Program-made: the position numbers and the translations under genes
IMG/VR virus record: IMGVR_UViG_3300042891_001963
Coordinates: 3,964 to 67,963 of that record
DNA length: 64,000 nt
From: a virus
Taxonomy: Duplodnaviria > Caudoviricetes
Strand: one strand, 5' to 3'
The notes under the pieces: model-generated
What the model saw: the letters and a program-made list of their open reading frames with translations, nothing else
What the model was told of the DNA's origin: nothing
Database searches by the model: none
In this document: positions 1-9,133 of the stretch, piece after piece
Layout of the letters: each line of letters starts with the position of its first letter
Position numbering within the stretch: the first letter of the stretch is position 1

Positions 1-30
1 TGACCTATAATTAAAAAGTGCCTATGAAAT

Positions 31-40
31 TTAATATATA
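31..40 (+). promoter_or_regulatory. Putative late promoter TTAATATATA
   Basis: Motif recurs upstream of many genes in the window; here 4 nt before ATG. Confidence 0.65.
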
Positions 41-44
41 CAAT

Positions 45-791
45 ATGAAACTTGTAAAATATTTTGAATTTAACCAACAAGATTTAGAAGCATCTAAATC
101 ATTTCGTGTTAAAGATGAATTAAATCCTAAAATATGGGATGATTTTAAGATAGATGATGAAGTTAGAGAAGATTTATTAAAAATTGCTCAAGACTTCTAT
201 GCTTCTACTGGCTTAGAAGCTGATGTTGAGGATATTGTCTTAACTGGTTCTTTAGCTAATTATAATTGGTCTGAGAAATACTCAGACTATGACTTACATA
301 TTTTAATTGATTTTACTAAAGTTAACGATGCTATTGAATTAGTTAAAAAGTATGTTGATAGTGCTAAGTCTGTTTGGAATAAAGAACATGATATTAAGAT
401 AAAAGGTTACGAAGTTGAAGTTTATATTCAAGATATATCAGAACCTCATAAATCAACTGGTGTTTTTTCTTTATTGAATAATAAATGGAATGTTAAACCT
501 GAAGAGTTTGACTTTGAACCAGATGAAGATATGATTGCTGAAAAAGGTAAATCGGTTATGATGATGGTTGATGAGTTAGAAGAACAAGTAGATGAAGATA
601 AATATGATGCTTTCATTGAAAAAGTTCAAAAAGTTTGGGAAAAGGTTAAAAATTACAGAAAAAGCGGTTTAGATTCTGAAGGTGGTGAGTTATCAATGGG
701 TAATTTAGTATTTAAGTTTCTTAGAAGAAATGGATATGTTGGTAAAATAATAGATCTTAAAAGAAAATCATACGATAATCAATTTAAATAA
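45..791 (+). CDS. Pol-beta superfamily nucleotidyltransferase with CTS-like N-terminus
   Basis: LTGSLANYNWSEKYSDYDLH = GS...DxD motif, later EVEVY acidic strand; start reassigned to ATG 45 after TTAATATATA. Confidence 0.75.
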   Translation: MKLVKYFEFNQQDLEASKSFRVKDELNPKIWDDFKIDDEVREDLLKIAQDFYASTGLEADVEDIVLTGSLANYNWSEKYSDYDLHILIDFTKVNDAIELVKKYVDSAKSVWNKEHDIKIKGYEVEVYIQDISEPHKSTGVFSLLNNKWNVKPEEFDFEPDEDMIAEKGKSVMMMVDELEEQVDEDKYDAFIEKVQKVWEKVKNYRKSGLDSEGGELSMGNLVFKFLRRNGYVGKIIDLKRKSYDNQFK

Positions 792-792
792 T

Positions 793-1488
793 ATGGAAAT
801 TAAAATATCAGAAATAGAACAAGTGTTCAAAGATGTCTTTGTCGCAGAAGAAGGTGTTGTAAATACAGTTGAATCTGTATATGAAATGTCAAGAGATGAA
901 GATTTCTATAAACTTGTTATCTCTATACATGGTTTATCTACTCAAGATACTTCTATTATACATACTAAATTCATTTTTAAGACAGATTTAGATAAAAGAC
1001 ACATAGTTGATAATTCATTTATTTACTTATATGATATTAACTGTATCTATCATAAAATTGAATTTACAAGTGTGGTTGATATGAGGAAAAAGATAGAGGA
1101 TATAATTGAATCAAAAAGTTTTGGAGAAGATTTACAAATTCTTTCTGACTTTATTGAAGCTCCAGCAATGTTCTTAAACTACTATATGAGAAGAGATAAT
1201 ATTACTGATTATTCAATTTTTGATGTTGAGTATGAACCTAAGTTCAAAACAACTCCTTGCGATAAAACAACATTTGATTTCAAAATTAACATTAATAACA
1301 ACTATAATATGGAAATGTCTATTCATAAAATAGACAGAATTGATGAAGAAGAGTTAGATACTTATAAGTTTCAGTTCAAGTTTATGGATGAGATTGAAAT
1401 CTTTGAAACAGATACAATTAAAAACGTTCACTTCTTTATTGGTGACCATATTGCTAAAATTTTAGATAGAAAATTAAAGAATAAGTAA
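793..1488 (+). CDS. Hypothetical protein
   Basis: 231-aa ORF, tightly packed between neighbours. Confidence 0.8.
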   Translation: MEIKISEIEQVFKDVFVAEEGVVNTVESVYEMSRDEDFYKLVISIHGLSTQDTSIIHTKFIFKTDLDKRHIVDNSFIYLYDINCIYHKIEFTSVVDMRKKIEDIIESKSFGEDLQILSDFIEAPAMFLNYYMRRDNITDYSIFDVEYEPKFKTTPCDKTTFDFKININNNYNMEMSIHKIDRIDEEELDTYKFQFKFMDEIEIFETDTIKNVHFFIGDHIAKILDRKLKNK

Positions 1489-2147
1489 TGAAATACCTTG
1501 AAAAGTTTGTCAATTACCTAAATGAATCTACTGAAGATATAACTGATTTAACTAAAGAAGAGTTAGATGAATTACTTATTCCTATGTCTGATTTAGGAAT
1601 TGAATATTCATTTACCACTCCAAGAGTTATCACTGATGGTGAATTTTCTGGTTATAAATCAATGAATATTCAATTTAGAAACTCTTTTCAATTAGGTGCT
1701 TCAGGTGGTTATACTGAACAAATAATTGATGATAAGTTTTGGGATTTCTTAGATGAATTAATAGCTCTTAAAAATCGTTTAGAAAGTGCTAGAGTGTCTA
1801 TCGGTACTAACTGGAGACACCATATAATTGTTACTTTTATACAAAAAGCTAAAGTTGAAGGTGATTTATTTACAATACAAAAGTTGTATAATGATATGGC
1901 TTTAAGAACTAATGCTTCAAAGAGTGATTTTACAAATAACATGACTAAGACTTTAGATAAAGAAAATTTAAAAATCACTGTTAGATGTAATGGTGGTTTT
2001 GGATACTCTGATTATACAGATAGAAAATGGAATGGTCTTTTCAGAGGTATAGATTTTTCTAAATTTAATGTAGAAAAGGAAATTACTGAAGATAGATTTG
2101 GTGGTAAATCGGCTGTTATAACAATTACACTTAAAAGTGAATCTTAA
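1488..2147 (+). CDS. Hypothetical protein with CTS-like N-terminus
   Basis: Starts MKYLEKFVNYLNES; TAATG overlap with upstream gene. Confidence 0.75.
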   Translation: MKYLEKFVNYLNESTEDITDLTKEELDELLIPMSDLGIEYSFTTPRVITDGEFSGYKSMNIQFRNSFQLGASGGYTEQIIDDKFWDFLDELIALKNRLESARVSIGTNWRHHIIVTFIQKAKVEGDLFTIQKLYNDMALRTNASKSDFTNNMTKTLDKENLKITVRCNGGFGYSDYTDRKWNGLFRGIDFSKFNVEKEITEDRFGGKSAVITITLKSES

Positions 2148-2184
2148 CATTTAATATATATGTTAATAAAAATATTATAGTAAA

Positions 2185-3606
2185 ATGTCTCATATATTAT
2201 TAAAACAAGTACCGACTTCAGCAATTACAGCACCTGCGGCAACGTATGTTAAATTTTTTAGTAATTTTAACGATGGTGGTATTTTATATTATATGGATGA
2301 TTCGGGTAATCCTTTACCTGTTGGTGCTGGTTCTACTTATAATCCAGTTACTGAAATAACATATTCAAGTTTATACAGTTTGAAAACTTCTAATGGATTT
2401 GCAACAGCTTCATATTATTTAATTACAGATTTTGATTCTGTTTATGATCAACCAGATTTTTACTGTGATGGTACTCCTAAAACAGTAGTTGATAACAAAG
2501 GTAAACCTGCGGGTTGGGGATATCAACCAATTTTAGTATTAGCAACTTCAAAAAATAATTTATCTCCTGACGCTTATCAACCATCAATTGCATCAGGTTA
2601 TTATTATGGATTTCCACTTGATAAGATTAAATATGATATTACTTGGAATAAAACAGAATTCAATAAAAATGCTAAGGGTAGAATAACTGAAAGAATAGAT
2701 GAGTTTGGAAATAGAACTGATTATGATCATAGAACAATAAGATTTAGAAGATATCAAAATTATGTAAAAGATACTCAACTTACTGGTGTTATTACAAATT
2801 ATAATTGCACAACCGGTGTTGTTACTGGATCAGGTTCTTCATTTAGCTCAGAGCTTTTACTTGGTAATATTATAATAATAGACTCTAAGGCTGATTTAGG
2901 TTATGATATTGGACTTAAAGTTGGTACTCAAAGTGGTAGTATTGCTTCTGATGGTTCATTTACAGCCATTGTTGATACTTTATATGCTGGTGGTGTTCCT
3001 TCTTCGGTTCCGCTAAATAGCACTGGTTATATTACTACAGAAGATTACAGTTTTTCTGGTAAGACTTATGATTTTTATTCAACAACTGCTACTGGTGATT
3101 TTAACCAATATAAAGAAATTTATTTTGGACAAGGTGATGCTAATGATTGTGATAAAGAAGTTTATACATTTAATTTAACAAACTCTACTAATAATAAAAT
3201 TGGAAACTATTCACAAGTTTATTTAAGTGCTGTTAATAATGTTTTCATACTACCTAATAATGTATTTGGTTCTTCTTGTAAAAATAATACAATATTGGAT
3301 AATTTTTATAATAATCAAGTTGGTGATAATTTCTTTGAAAATAGCATAGGTTATAACTTTAGTAAAAATTTTATTGGTGATAACTTCTCCAGAAATACTA
3401 CAATTGATAATTTCTCTTCTAATATAATTGGTGATAACTTTAAATGGAATATAGTACAAACTGGAGTTTCAAGTTATGATTTCACATCAGCTACTCATGT
3501 TTATGGTAACTATAACTGCTTTATGTTCTCAAACTCTATTGGATTTGTTAGATTGTCTTATTACAACTCTTCTGATGTGTTAGTAATAACTGATGTTGAT
3601 GCTTAA
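2185..3606 (+). CDS. Tail fibre/spike-like structural protein with C-terminal beta-helix repeats
   Basis: S/T/G-rich; about 11-aa repeats (NQVGDNFFENS/IGYNFSKNF/IGDNFSRNT); late motif upstream. Confidence 0.55.
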   Translation: MSHILLKQVPTSAITAPAATYVKFFSNFNDGGILYYMDDSGNPLPVGAGSTYNPVTEITYSSLYSLKTSNGFATASYYLITDFDSVYDQPDFYCDGTPKTVVDNKGKPAGWGYQPILVLATSKNNLSPDAYQPSIASGYYYGFPLDKIKYDITWNKTEFNKNAKGRITERIDEFGNRTDYDHRTIRFRRYQNYVKDTQLTGVITNYNCTTGVVTGSGSSFSSELLLGNIIIIDSKADLGYDIGLKVGTQSGSIASDGSFTAIVDTLYAGGVPSSVPLNSTGYITTEDYSFSGKTYDFYSTTATGDFNQYKEIYFGQGDANDCDKEVYTFNLTNSTNNKIGNYSQVYLSAVNNVFILPNNVFGSSCKNNTILDNFYNNQVGDNFFENSIGYNFSKNFIGDNFSRNTTIDNFSSNIIGDNFKWNIVQTGVSSYDFTSATHVYGNYNCFMFSNSIGFVRLSYYNSSDVLVITDVDA

Positions 3607-3875
3607 TCTCTCATAAAAGAAATAACAGTATCTAAATTTTCTCTGTTAAATCCATCTAATGGTTTTCCGCCAACTTTTAAATAGTCACCATAGATATTAT
3701 TGTATTCATCTATTGTATAGAATTTATTATCTAATTCTGATAATATCACGTTAGTGTCGTGAAATGTAACAGTTTTATTCTGTAATCCTGTTTCACCATA
3801 TGCTGGTCCGATGGGTCCAACTAATTCAGTACCTGATATTTCTTCATTAATAAACTGTTTGAATGATTTAATCAT
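3603..3875 (-). CDS. Small protein with CTS-like N-terminus
   Basis: Starts MIKSFKQFINEE. Confidence 0.7.
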   Translation of the reverse strand: MIKSFKQFINEEISGTELVGPIGPAYGETGLQNKTVTFHDTNVILSELDNKFYTIDEYNNIYGDYLKVGGKPLDGFNRENLDTVISFMRD

Positions 3876-4326
3876 TTTTAGCTTCTATTTTTTCAAAATA
3901 CTCATCTTGCTCTTCAAGTGAATATTCCTCTCTTCTATTGTTATATATTAAATTATAAAGGAACTTATCATGTAATTTATGATGTTCATCATGAATCATA
4001 GTTATTTTACAAGTTTCTTCCTCAAAATTGTTTTCAATTTTAACTATTTCCATTCCAAACTTACCATTTCTATCGTGTAAGTTACAGATAACCTTAACTT
4101 TACTTTCAAGTAATTCTAAAATTTTAGAAAAAGTAGTATTCTTAGAAAGATATAGATAATCTTTCATTTCTTCCTTGTTTGTAGCTTGGTACAACTCTAA
4201 GAAATCACGTTCTCTTTTAGTTAAAGCTTTCTTTTTAGAAACTTTAACTCTTATCTTATTTAGTTCCATATCTTTAACAGATTCGTTTAATAAATAATAT
4301 TTTATAAATCTTTCAATTTTCTTCAT
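3868..4326 (-). CDS. Hypothetical protein, CTS-like N-terminus plus DUF6576-like helix
   Basis: MKKIERFIKYYLLNES...LNKIRVKVSKKKALTKRERDFL. Confidence 0.65.
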   Translation of the reverse strand: MKKIERFIKYYLLNESVKDMELNKIRVKVSKKKALTKRERDFLELYQATNKEEMKDYLYLSKNTTFSKILELLESKVKVICNLHDRNGKFGMEIVKIENNFEEETCKITMIHDEHHKLHDKFLYNLIYNNRREEYSLEEQDEYFEKIEAKND

Positions 4327-4407
4327 GCAAATATACTACTTTATTGTTTTATATATTAAGAAGTATTTGTTTATTTTATATATACATTGTAAAATTACAT
4401 TAAATAG

Positions 4408-7400
4408 ATGGATAAGAAATTACTTGATGCTCTAAATAATTTATCTGTAGCTCTTGGAGATATAGCACAAGCACTTGCTGATAAAAGCGAGGCGAGTTCT
4501 GCTACCGCAAAGGCTATGCAGGGTGGTGACTTCATAACTGAAATAAAAGAAATTAATGAAGGTGTAAAGGCTTTACAGAAAGATACTAAACTAATTTTGG
4601 CAAATCAGCAAACTATCATGAAAATGGGTAGTTCAAAGGCTAAGGATTCTAAAACATCTGATGTTGAAAATATGGGTAAGGATAAAACATCACAAAAGAA
4701 TTTCAAAGAAGGTATTGGTGTTATATTACTTATCGCAGTTGCTGTATTAGCTTTGGGTGTTGCTTTTAATATAGTTGGTAAAGTTAACTTTTTATCAGTT
4801 ATCGCATTGGCACTAGCACTTCCTTTACTTGCCATAGGCTTTTCTAAAGTTTTAACCACATTAAAAACGGTTGGTTTTAATGCCAAAGAGGATGGTAAAA
4901 ATTTCCTTATTGCTATTGGTGTTATTGCCCTTTCTATAACAATGGCATCTTGGATATTAGGTATGATAATTCCTTTATCATTCACTAAAGCAATGACCGC
5001 CACATTTATTGCCTTAACCTTTGCATTATTGGCTCCTTCTATACAGAAATTTATGTTGGCATTTAAAGATATGAGCTGGATGCAAATATTAAAAGCATCA
5101 GTAGCAATGGTTGTTATATTACCTGCTATGGCTTTAGGTATAGCCTTTGCTTCTTGGGCATTTCAACTTATTAAACCAATTGGTATTATGCAGTTTCTTA
5201 CTGCTGTCGGTATCTCATTAGTTTTTGTTGTTATATCATATGGTCTTAGAAAGATGTTGAAATCATTTAAAGGTATGGATATGGCAAGTCTTGCTAAAAG
5301 TGTTTTATTCCTACCATTGGTTCTTCCAGCTGTTGCATTAAGTATAGCTTTAGCATCTTACGCTTTACAATTAGTTAAACCTGTTGGATTTATACAAATG
5401 CTTACTGCTATTGGTATTTCTATAGCCTTTACAGTTATTGCGTATGGTTTGAATAAGATGTTAACTGCATTTAAGGGTGTTAGTCCTGCTCAAGCAATTG
5501 CGGCGGCTATAATGTTGCCTATATTGTTTGTTGCTATATCATATGCTATTGCTTACTCATCAGTTGCTTTTTCTCAAATAGTTCCGATTAAATTCAGTCA
5601 GTTCTTAACCGCTATTGGTATTGCGGCGGTGTTTGTTGTTATATCATTCGGTTTGAAAGTAATGGCTAATGCGATATCTCAGTTAAGATGGAAAGATGTT
5701 TTATTAATACCAGCTTTATTTACTGTAATGTCTGTTGCGATAACTATATCATCATTTATCTTATCTAAAGCGACTTCTATTCCTTTTGCAAAATTAATGT
5801 CTATTCTTGGATTTAGTATTGTAGCCTCTGCTGCTGTTGTTGTTATGGGTGGTGCTATTTGGGTCCTGAATAAAATGGGTGTATCTATTCCAACAGCTAT
5901 TAAAGGAGGTATAGTTATTGTTATTTTAGCGGCAGTTATTATGGCTTCTTCATTAATTTTAAATGTTGGTAAGTATAAAAACTATCCAAGTTGGAAATGG
6001 GCAATTGGTGTGGCTCTTAGTTTAGGTGCTTTTGGTTTAGGTGCTGTGCTTTTAGGAACACAAGCTCTTAATCCATTCTTTTATGCGGGTCTTGGTATTA
6101 TACTTGTTGTTGCTGCTACTATAGTTGCTACATCATATATTTTAGCTGAAGGTAGTTATAAAAAATATCCTACGCTCAGTTGGGCAATGGGTGTCGGTTT
6201 GGCAATGAGTGCTTTTGGTTTAGGTGCTGTCCTTTTAGGTACTCAAGTTTTTAATCCTTTATTCTATGCTGGTTTAGGAATGATTGTCGTTGTCGCTGCT
6301 ACCATAGTTGCTACTTCTTTAATATTTGCTAAGGGTAATTTTGATACTAAGAAATTTCCATCAATGACTTGGGTGTTGGGTGCGACTGCTATTATATTAG
6401 GTATGGGTCTTATTGCTGCTGGTTTGGCTATTGTATCACCTCTTATCATAATAGGAAGTATTGCTATATTGGCTATTGCTGGTACTATTTGGGCTGTTGA
6501 TAAAGTATTTCAGAAAGGTGCATTTAAGAGATATCCATCAAAGAATTGGTTAACTAACGCTATGTCTGTTATAAAAAAGGTTGGAAATTTAGCTGTAGAT
6601 TTTTCAATAAAATTACCTTTGATTATATTAGGTGCTATTTCTATTGCTGCTGTTGCTGCAAGTATTTTAGTAGTTGATAAAATATTACAAAAAGGTAGGT
6701 TTATTAAATATCCACCAGTTGCTTGGGTTAATGGTACTACTTTAGCTTTAACTAAATGGACTAAGTTAATGGATAGTATTTCATTTGGTAGTGTAGTTGG
6801 TGGTGGTATAGCCGACTTTTTTGGTGGTGGTTTGGGTGATGTTGCTGAATCTATTGTTAGTGTTGCTAAGATATTTGCAAAAGCTGGAAATGCTTGGAAA
6901 AGTTATCCTACAGGAGCTTGGGTTGATGGTGTATCAAGTGCGTTAACTAAATTTAGTAAACTATCGGAAAAATTAGATTTTGGTAGTGATAAAGCTGTTA
7001 TTAAGGCAGCAAACGGTCTTACAAAAATAGCAACTGCTTATGATAAATTGGCAAGAGCAGTAAAAAGTTTCACTGCGGCTATTAATACATTAGATGTTAA
7101 AAAAATTGAATCATTTAAGTCTATTACAGGTGTTTTAACCAATACGTCACTCTCTCCTGGTCAAAAAAGTAATGATAAAGGAGTATTTGATGCTTTATTA
7201 AAAGCTAGAAAAGATTTATCAAAGCCAGTTGCTGTAAAATCTAAATCAGGAGCTGTATCTCAATCCTCGCCAATAGACGTGCCTCAAGCAAGAGATAAAA
7301 AAGGTGAGACTCAATTAGATAAATTAGATAGAGTCATTAATCTACTGATTCAGGTGAATAAACATTCAAAGAGTATTGATGAGCATCTTCAAAATCCTAC

Positions 7401-7440
7401 CGGTAATAAAAATGAAGATTTGGGAGACACATCTTATTAA
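4408..7440 (+). CDS. Probable tape measure protein (hydrophobic repeats)
   Basis: 1010 aa, Ala/Gly/Ile-rich amphipathic repeats with recurring YP..W, helical termini; late motif upstream. Confidence 0.55.
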   Translation: MDKKLLDALNNLSVALGDIAQALADKSEASSATAKAMQGGDFITEIKEINEGVKALQKDTKLILANQQTIMKMGSSKAKDSKTSDVENMGKDKTSQKNFKEGIGVILLIAVAVLALGVAFNIVGKVNFLSVIALALALPLLAIGFSKVLTTLKTVGFNAKEDGKNFLIAIGVIALSITMASWILGMIIPLSFTKAMTATFIALTFALLAPSIQKFMLAFKDMSWMQILKASVAMVVILPAMALGIAFASWAFQLIKPIGIMQFLTAVGISLVFVVISYGLRKMLKSFKGMDMASLAKSVLFLPLVLPAVALSIALASYALQLVKPVGFIQMLTAIGISIAFTVIAYGLNKMLTAFKGVSPAQAIAAAIMLPILFVAISYAIAYSSVAFSQIVPIKFSQFLTAIGIAAVFVVISFGLKVMANAISQLRWKDVLLIPALFTVMSVAITISSFILSKATSIPFAKLMSILGFSIVASAAVVVMGGAIWVLNKMGVSIPTAIKGGIVIVILAAVIMASSLILNVGKYKNYPSWKWAIGVALSLGAFGLGAVLLGTQALNPFFYAGLGIILVVAATIVATSYILAEGSYKKYPTLSWAMGVGLAMSAFGLGAVLLGTQVFNPLFYAGLGMIVVVAATIVATSLIFAKGNFDTKKFPSMTWVLGATAIILGMGLIAAGLAIVSPLIIIGSIAILAIAGTIWAVDKVFQKGAFKRYPSKNWLTNAMSVIKKVGNLAVDFSIKLPLIILGAISIAAVAASILVVDKILQKGRFIKYPPVAWVNGTTLALTKWTKLMDSISFGSVVGGGIADFFGGGLGDVAESIVSVAKIFAKAGNAWKSYPTGAWVDGVSSALTKFSKLSEKLDFGSDKAVIKAANGLTKIATAYDKLARAVKSFTAAINTLDVKKIESFKSITGVLTNTSLSPGQKSNDKGVFDALLKARKDLSKPVAVKSKSGAVSQSSPIDVPQARDKKGETQLDKLDRVINLLIQVNKHSKSIDEHLQNPTGNKNEDLGDTSY

Positions 7441-7469
7441 ACATTTTAAATAAATATTATATAATTTAT

Positions 7470-7916
7470 ATGGCTAATAAAATTTCATTTCTAAAAAAAC
7501 TAAGAATTTTTAGAGATTTTAAAAAAGTATTGAAATTAAATAGAACCGAACTACAAGAAGTATTTGGTGCAAGAATTGATAATGCTTATAGAATCTACAA
7601 TGTTATTAATATTCCTGTTGAGGAAATAGGAGAACCTTACAATTTAAGAAAGTCTGATATTGACTTAATTGCTGAGAAGTCTGTTAGAGATTATTCTTCA
7701 AATATTTCTAAATATCTAGACACAAAAGGATTACAAGAAATGTATGATTTCTATGAAATTAAAAAAGTAGATAAATATTCATACTTAATTGTTATTGGTT
7801 TCTCACTACCTAATGATCCTTTTAGAAGTAATATCTATTATAATAGATTGTATTATAGAGCCTTGCCGACTATTTCGGTTATATCTTTAATTTTATTACT
7901 AATTTTCCTTCTTTAA
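7470..7916 (+). CDS. Hypothetical protein with C-terminal TM helix
   Basis: Ends ISVISLILLLIFLL. Confidence 0.7.
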   Translation: MANKISFLKKLRIFRDFKKVLKLNRTELQEVFGARIDNAYRIYNVINIPVEEIGEPYNLRKSDIDLIAEKSVRDYSSNISKYLDTKGLQEMYDFYEIKKVDKYSYLIVIGFSLPNDPFRSNIYYNRLYYRALPTISVISLILLLIFLL

Positions 7917-7917
7917 C

Positions 7918-7946
7918 TAAACTTTTACCACTACAGAACTTATAAA
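7918..7946 (+). promoter_or_regulatory. Putative middle promoter TAAACTTT-N15-TATAAA
   Basis: Same architecture at 41589, 43336, 57577 (+) and 20687, 39205 (-). Confidence 0.5.
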
Positions 7947-7970
7947 TAAAAATATAAATTCTAAAATAAC

Positions 7971-8402
7971 ATGGATAAATTTTATGAGGTATCAGAAGAC
8001 GCAATCGCAAGATTTTATGAAGTCTTCAACAAAAAAACTTTCCCAGTAGCTATCGGTTTTCAGTTTATTGGATGTGAAAAACAAAAAGAGCTAATCAAAA
8101 TTTCAAAGATTGCTGACCAATACGCATTTCTTCTTAAAAAAGAAATTTTAATTTCTATTAATGATGACTTAATGAGTGTTTTTGATGATGAGTCAATTAC
8201 AATCTTAATTGAACAAGAGATTGATAAAGTAACAATGAACATTGAAACTGGAAAAATCAAATTAATTAGAACTGACTTAAACACTTTCTCAGCTATTGTA
8301 AACAAATATGGTGTTGAAAAAGTAGCTCGTGCTAATAAAGTTGAAGAACTTTATCAAGAGCAAAAGAAAGACGGTAAAGCTGACGAAGAATTTATAGCTT
8401 AA
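7971..8402 (+). CDS. Putative phage metallopeptidase-like protein, HExxH degenerate
   Basis: ILIEQEIDKV...KIKLIRTDLNTFSAIVNKYG resembles HELxH...HDxEEFxxIVxRYG family. Confidence 0.45.
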   Translation: MDKFYEVSEDAIARFYEVFNKKTFPVAIGFQFIGCEKQKELIKISKIADQYAFLLKKEILISINDDLMSVFDDESITILIEQEIDKVTMNIETGKIKLIRTDLNTFSAIVNKYGVEKVARANKVEELYQEQKKDGKADEEFIA

Positions 8403-8424
8403 AAATAAAAAATAAAATATTAAT

Positions 8425-9081
8425 ATGGAAAACAACATTGAAACAAGAGTAGTTAAACCAGCAGTATCATTTTTTGAAAATGAATTAAATAACTTAATTA
8501 TAAGTTTTCAAGAAGAGTCTAATTTAGATTCTAAAATCAAAGATATTGAGGACTATATGAAAAATAACTCAGGTAAAGGAAAAACTGAGCAAGAAAAAGA
8601 CGAGTTATATCAAGGTGCTCAGAAGTTATGGCATGATTATTCATCAGCTCTTAAAACAGCGAGGTATAATTTTTTCTTAAATAGACCTCAACATAAATTT
8701 TTAACTGACTTAATTCTTACTAAAATGGAATATGATGTTAATACAGTATTCTTTGCTATTGAATTAACTGATATGATGGGTGGTATGAAAGGCGCGAAAT
8801 ATACAAATGATACTGATTTAGTTTCTTTTGATGTAAATGCAACTGAAATTACTTACATTTATCACTTAATCTCTAAGCATAAAGTAAAAGGTTTATCTAA
8901 AGATGCTTATACTTTCTCTCAAATTCTTTATAGAATTGGTAGCATTAGTAAAATTATTAATTTTTATGACGCTACACATAAAAATCTTTCAACTGATATT
9001 CAAAATTGGGTTCTTACATTTGATGAAGGTGTTGAGTTAGAGGCTCCTAAAAAAGCTAAGAAAGAAAAAGTTACTGAATAA
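8425..9081 (+). CDS. Hypothetical protein
   Basis: 218-aa ORF followed by a terminator. Confidence 0.8.
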   Translation: MENNIETRVVKPAVSFFENELNNLIISFQEESNLDSKIKDIEDYMKNNSGKGKTEQEKDELYQGAQKLWHDYSSALKTARYNFFLNRPQHKFLTDLILTKMEYDVNTVFFAIELTDMMGGMKGAKYTNDTDLVSFDVNATEITYIYHLISKHKVKGLSKDAYTFSQILYRIGSISKIINFYDATHKNLSTDIQNWVLTFDEGVELEAPKKAKKEKVTE

Positions 9082-9100
9082 TTAACTTAATATAAAAATT

Positions 9101-9129
9101 AAAACCTCTGTTTTCACAGAGGTTTTTTT
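9101..9129. terminator. Bidirectional intrinsic terminator
   Basis: aaaacctctg-ttttca-cagaggtttt between convergent genes. Confidence 0.8.
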
Positions 9130-9133
9130 ATTT

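Noticed and set aside
3250-3460. Asn-rich C-terminal repeats of the fibre-like gene as a DGR variable region
   Set aside because: No reverse transcriptase and no adenine-variant template copy seen in the window; the pattern fits a beta-helix repeat.
4408-7440. Membrane transporter
   Set aside because: No transporter motifs; the repeat structure, late promoter and context fit a tape measure better, although this is not proven.
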